Below, piece after piece: positions 60,677-64,000 of a stretch of 64,000 nt of DNA. How positions within the stretch are numbered: the stretch's first letter is position 1; each line of letters begins with the position of its first letter. Source of the DNA: an uncultured Chloroflexia bacterium (GTDB lineage Bacteria > Chloroflexota > Limnocylindria > Limnocylindrales > CSP1-4); the NCBI GenBank assembly GCA_963764975.1, contig CAVXUF010000002.1:1114331-1178330 (forward strand), given 5' to 3'. The translations under genes and the position numbers were made by a program. Below the pieces are notes generated by a model. That model was given only the letters and a program-made list of their open reading frames with translations, did not search any database and was not told where the DNA came from.

Positions 60677-61207
60677 ATGCCTGTCGCCGTCCCACCCGAT
60701 GCCGCCGCCCGCCTCCCCAAGGCGCGCATGATCGACCCACGCGGTCATCGATTCGGGGCGGGCCTTTCCGCGATCCTGCTGCTCGTCGCCTTCGTGGCGA
60801 ACATCCCGGCGCTGGTCGCCGTCGCGCTGGCGTCGATCGGCGTGAGCGCAGCCTTCGGACTCCGCTATTCGATCTATGGCGCGATCTGGCGGCGCATCGT
60901 CAAGGTCGCGAAGCTGGGCCCCACGGAACCGGAACACGAGTATCCGCCCCGCTTCGCCCAGGTCCTGGGATCGGTCGCGCTCATCCTGTCGCTCGTCGCG
61001 TTCGCACTCGGCGTGCCGGTCCTCGGCTGGGTCTTCGCGCTGGCCGTCGCTGGTCTCCAGAGCGTGCTTGGCCTGACCGGCTATTGCCTCGGGTGCCGGC
61101 TCTACTTCCTTCGATGGTGGGTGCCGGACCTCGTGACCCGCATCTGGACCCGCGGGGCGAGCGCCAAGGGCCGTCTCGCCGTGGAGCCGATCAGCTACAA
61201 CCGCTGA
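60677..61207 (+). CDS. DUF4395-family membrane protein
   Basis: IDPRGHRFGA, four TM helices and GYCLGCRLY. Confidence 0.7.
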   Translation: MPVAVPPDAAARLPKARMIDPRGHRFGAGLSAILLLVAFVANIPALVAVALASIGVSAAFGLRYSIYGAIWRRIVKVAKLGPTEPEHEYPPRFAQVLGSVALILSLVAFALGVPVLGWVFALAVAGLQSVLGLTGYCLGCRLYFLRWWVPDLVTRIWTRGASAKGRLAVEPISYNR

Positions 61208-61246
61208 CGTCCACGTGGCCCCGGTCGGCTCGGGTCGGCTGGGGCT

Positions 61247-61282
61247 ATTGCATGACTATGCATCTTGACTGTATAGTCATCC
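61247..61282. promoter_or_regulatory. Two adjacent 14-bp palindromes (TGCATGACTATGCA, TGACTGTATAGTCA) resembling ARG boxes, immediately upstream of argC
   Basis: Locally AT-rich stretch in a 70% GC genome. TGCAT-N4-ATGCA matches the actinobacterial ArgR half-site pattern as I recall it. Confidence 0.5.
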
Positions 61283-61286
61283 GACT

Positions 61287-62420
61287 ATGACGAGGACCCA
61301 CCCCGGTTCGACGACCCCGACATCCCGCGCCCAGCGCGGGATCGACCCGTCGGGGGGCCCTCGCCGGATCCGGGTCGGGATCATCGGCGCGACTGGCTAC
61401 GTGGGCTCCGAGCTGGTCAGGCTGCTCGCGCGACACCCGAACGTCGTCATCGCCGGCCTCCAGGGACGCGATCGCGACGGCGACCCCCTCGGCGGGATCC
61501 ACCCGCACCTGTCGACCACCGGTCTGACCGTCCGTGCGACGCTCCCGCCGGTCGACGCGGCGTTCCTCGCGCTCCCGCACGGTACCGCGGCGGCCCTGGT
61601 CCCCGATGTCATCGCGGATGGCACAGCGATCATCGATCTCGGGCCGGATTTCCGGCTCCGTGATCCCGCCGACTATCCACGCTGGTACGGGTTCGAGCAC
61701 CCGCGTCCGGACCTGCTCGCCGAAGCGGTCTACGGGCTCCCGGAGCTGCATCGAGTCGAATTGCGCGCGCTCGCGGACACCGACGTGGCGATCGTCGGGT
61801 CTCCCGGGTGCTATCCGACGGCGACGATCCTCGGGCTCGCACCGCTGGCACGGGCCGGCCTGATCGGCGACCTCGTGGTCGACGCCAAGAGCGGCGTGTC
61901 CGGCGCGGGTCGCGAACCGAAGCCCGAGATGATGTTCGGGGAGGTCAACGAGAGCGTCCGCGCGTACGGTGTTGGCGGTCATCGACACGTCGCCGAGATC
62001 GAACAGGAACTCGCGGTGGTCGCGGCCGGCGCCGGACTGAGCGCCGGCGCGAACCCCGGTGCCGCCCCGGTCGACTTCCTGCCGCACTTGATCCCGATGA
62101 CGCGGGGCATCCTCGCCTCCTCGCATGTCCGCCCGACGCGCCCGGTCACGCAGGCCGAGATCGACGCCCTCTACGCCACGGCGTATGCCGACGAGCCGTT
62201 CGTGACGGTCGTGGACGCCCCACCGGCCACCAAGCACGTCACCGGCAGCAACGAGGTCCGCATCCACGTCCGCGTGGACGATCGCACCGGGCGGATCCTC
62301 GTCCTGAGCGTCGAGGACAACATCGTCAAGGGCGCCGCGGGCCAGGCGGTCCAGGCCTTCAATCTCGTCCACGGCCTGCCGGAGGCCACCGGCCTCGAAC
62401 AGCTGCCGCTCGCCCCATGA
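61287..62420 (+). CDS. argC: N-acetyl-gamma-glutamyl-phosphate reductase
   Basis: VGIIGATGYVGSELVRLL, SPGCYPTA, DAKSGVSGAG and DNIVKGAAGQAVQ. Confidence 0.92.
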   Translation: MTRTHPGSTTPTSRAQRGIDPSGGPRRIRVGIIGATGYVGSELVRLLARHPNVVIAGLQGRDRDGDPLGGIHPHLSTTGLTVRATLPPVDAAFLALPHGTAAALVPDVIADGTAIIDLGPDFRLRDPADYPRWYGFEHPRPDLLAEAVYGLPELHRVELRALADTDVAIVGSPGCYPTATILGLAPLARAGLIGDLVVDAKSGVSGAGREPKPEMMFGEVNESVRAYGVGGHRHVAEIEQELAVVAAGAGLSAGANPGAAPVDFLPHLIPMTRGILASSHVRPTRPVTQAEIDALYATAYADEPFVTVVDAPPATKHVTGSNEVRIHVRVDDRTGRILVLSVEDNIVKGAAGQAVQAFNLVHGLPEATGLEQLPLAP

Positions 62421-63793
62421 CCGCCACGCGACTTCCCCCGGTCCCGGTGTCGACGACCGATCTCCCGCCGGTCGAGCGACGCGCCGCCATGCCAGCCGGC
62501 TTTCGGGCCGGTGGGCTGGCGGCCGGGATCAAGGCGTCGGGCCGACCCGACGTGGCCTTGTTCGTCGCAGACGGAGGTCCCGCGGCGGTCGCCGCCGTGT
62601 TCACCCCGAACCTGTTCGCAGCCGCGCCGGTGCGTCTGTCGCAAGCCAACCTCGCCGCGTCGTCCGGCGATCCCCGCGGCCGCTTCGGCTGGGCCCGTGC
62701 GGTCGTCTCGACGAGCGGCTGCGCGAATGCCGCCACGGCCGCGGCCGGTGATGCGGACCAGGCGCAGGTCGGACGGCTGGTCGCTGATGCCCTCGGTATG
62801 GGCCTGGACCACGTCCTGCACCTCTCGACGGGCGTGATCGGCACGCGTCTGCCGCTCGATCGGGTGCATGCCGGGATCCAGGCGCTCGCTCCGCGGCTAT
62901 TGGCGACGGACGACGGTCTCGAAGGGGCTGCCGTCGCGCTGCGAACGACCGACTCGGTCACGAAGGTCGCGACCAGCCGTGTCGAGCTGCCCGATGCCGA
63001 CGGACGACCGGTCACCGTCACGGTCAGCGGCGTCGCGAAGGGCGTCGGGATGATCCATCCGCGGATGGCGACGATGCTGTCCGTCGTGCTCACGGACGCC
63101 TCGATCGCGCCCGAGACGCTGTGGGCTCTCCTGCGACCGGCCGCGGCCCGGACCTGGGACCAACTGTCGGTCGACGGCGACACCAGCACGAACGACACGG
63201 TCTTCGTCCTCGCATCCGGCGCCAGCGGGGCGGCGCCGGTCGGGCCGGGGAGCGCCGAAGCGAGCGTTCTCGGGCTGGCCATCGAGGCCGTCGCCCGCGA
63301 TCTGGCGCGCCAGCAGGCGGCCGACGGCGAGGGAGCATCCACGCTGATCACCGCGTCCGTCACGGGCGCCCTCGACGACGCCGACGCTCGGGCGGTCGCG
63401 CGAGCGGTCGTCTCCTCGAGCCTGGTCAAGGCCGCGGCGCACGGCCGCGATCCGAACTGGGGCCGCATCGCGGGGGCGGCCGGCAACGGTCGTCTCGCCG
63501 ATGCCGCAGTCCTTGAAGCCGGTGGCCTGGCCACCGCGGAAGCGACCCGTCGTGCCGGGACGGCCGCGCAGGTAGACCCGGATCGGTTGCGGATCTCGAT
63601 CGCGGGGTTCCCGGTCTTCGATGGCGCGGCCGGCGGCCCGCTGTCGTTCGATCGCGGCGCCGCCCGCGCGGCAATGGCCGAACCGGAGCTGATCCTGGGG
63701 CTGGACCTGGGCCTCGGCGACGGTCACGGCGAGGCCTTCGGCTGTGACCTCACTGAGGCCTACGTCATCGAGAACTCGGAGTACACGACGTGA
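62417..63793 (+). CDS. argJ: Bifunctional ornithine acetyltransferase / N-acetylglutamate synthase
   Basis: GFRAGGLAAGIK, KGVGMIHPRMATMLS (autoprocessing site), DGDTSTND, NWGRI and ENSEYTT end. ATGA overlap with argC. Confidence 0.92.
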   Translation: MTATRLPPVPVSTTDLPPVERRAAMPAGFRAGGLAAGIKASGRPDVALFVADGGPAAVAAVFTPNLFAAAPVRLSQANLAASSGDPRGRFGWARAVVSTSGCANAATAAAGDADQAQVGRLVADALGMGLDHVLHLSTGVIGTRLPLDRVHAGIQALAPRLLATDDGLEGAAVALRTTDSVTKVATSRVELPDADGRPVTVTVSGVAKGVGMIHPRMATMLSVVLTDASIAPETLWALLRPAAARTWDQLSVDGDTSTNDTVFVLASGASGAAPVGPGSAEASVLGLAIEAVARDLARQQAADGEGASTLITASVTGALDDADARAVARAVVSSSLVKAAAHGRDPNWGRIAGAAGNGRLADAAVLEAGGLATAEATRRAGTAAQVDPDRLRISIAGFPVFDGAAGGPLSFDRGAARAAMAEPELILGLDLGLGDGHGEAFGCDLTEAYVIENSEYTT

Positions 63794-63947
63794 CGGCCGA
63801 CGCGCTGACGGCCGATCGCGGCGTTGGCGCCTGCGCGCGGTCGCTCACGCACCTCGAAGTGCGCTCGCTCCCGTGCTCGTCGCCGCCTTGCGCTCGGACC
63901 GCCATGGCGCCAGCCGTGTCTGGAACGGCGACGAGGCAGGACGTCAG

Positions 63948-64000
63948 ATGAGCGAGATCCTCGTCATCAAACTTGGTGGGACGACGATCGCGGACCAGTC
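63948..64000 (+). CDS. argB: Acetylglutamate kinase, N-terminal 17 codons (continues beyond the window)
   Basis: MSEILVIKLGGTTIADQ matches the amino-acid-kinase N-terminal motif. Position after argJ fits the arg operon order. Confidence 0.75.
   Translation, partial: MSEILVIKLGGTTIADQ

Noticed and set aside
63794-63947. The unusually long (154 nt) argJ-argB spacer might hide a small gene or RNA.
   Set aside because: I found no ORF with a start and sensible composition, no clear hairpin or terminator, and no repeat. I cannot support any feature from sequence alone.
1-64000. tRNA, rRNA, tmRNA and riboswitch candidates in intergenic regions longer than 80 nt.
   Set aside because: I could not recognise any cloverleaf-compatible sequence or known riboswitch core by eye. 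A covariance-model scan (tRNAscan-SE or Infernal/Rfam) would be needed to be certain.

Overview
High-GC (about 70%) chromosomal segment of actinobacterial type, inferred from an F420 cofactor cluster, a DUF3090/SCO1664 gene pair, LLM/PPOX oxidoreductases and TANNNT-style promoters. No rRNA, tRNA, CRISPR array, transposase or integrase was recognised. Most of the window is housekeeping and metabolism: msrA, eda-kynU, a class A PBP, aceE, pncA, a 5'-3' exonuclease, an IMPase, mtnP, PPOX-LLM-cofD-cofC-cofE-LLM, trxB, an MsbA-like ABC exporter, and argC-argJ-argB. Four things stand out. (1) The first 11 kb looks accessory and decaying. Three orphan copies of the msrA 3' end are stacked downstream of the intact msrA, which suggests repeated site-specific insertion. 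The same tract holds three cupin paralogues (one intact, one frameshifted, one truncated) and several truncated genes. (2) Frameshifts are very dense and patchy, mainly at 13.5-35 kb. By hand count about 44 are +1 (insertion-type) and about 8 are -1, which points to sequence error rather than natural decay, so many genes are called 'frameshifted as sequenced'. (3) A 1200-aa fusion of a Cas4-like nuclease, a DEDD-like exonuclease and an SF1 helicase. (4) Several repeat and operator-like structures: 70-bp tandem repeats carrying a quasi-palindrome around an XRE gene, a 21-bp in-frame repeat array inside an ABC nucleotide-binding domain, a 12-14-nt tandem array upstream of eda, and ARG-box-like palindromes before argC. 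I did not find a convincing multi-gene novel system. All functional calls come from reading motifs in the translations, not from database searches.
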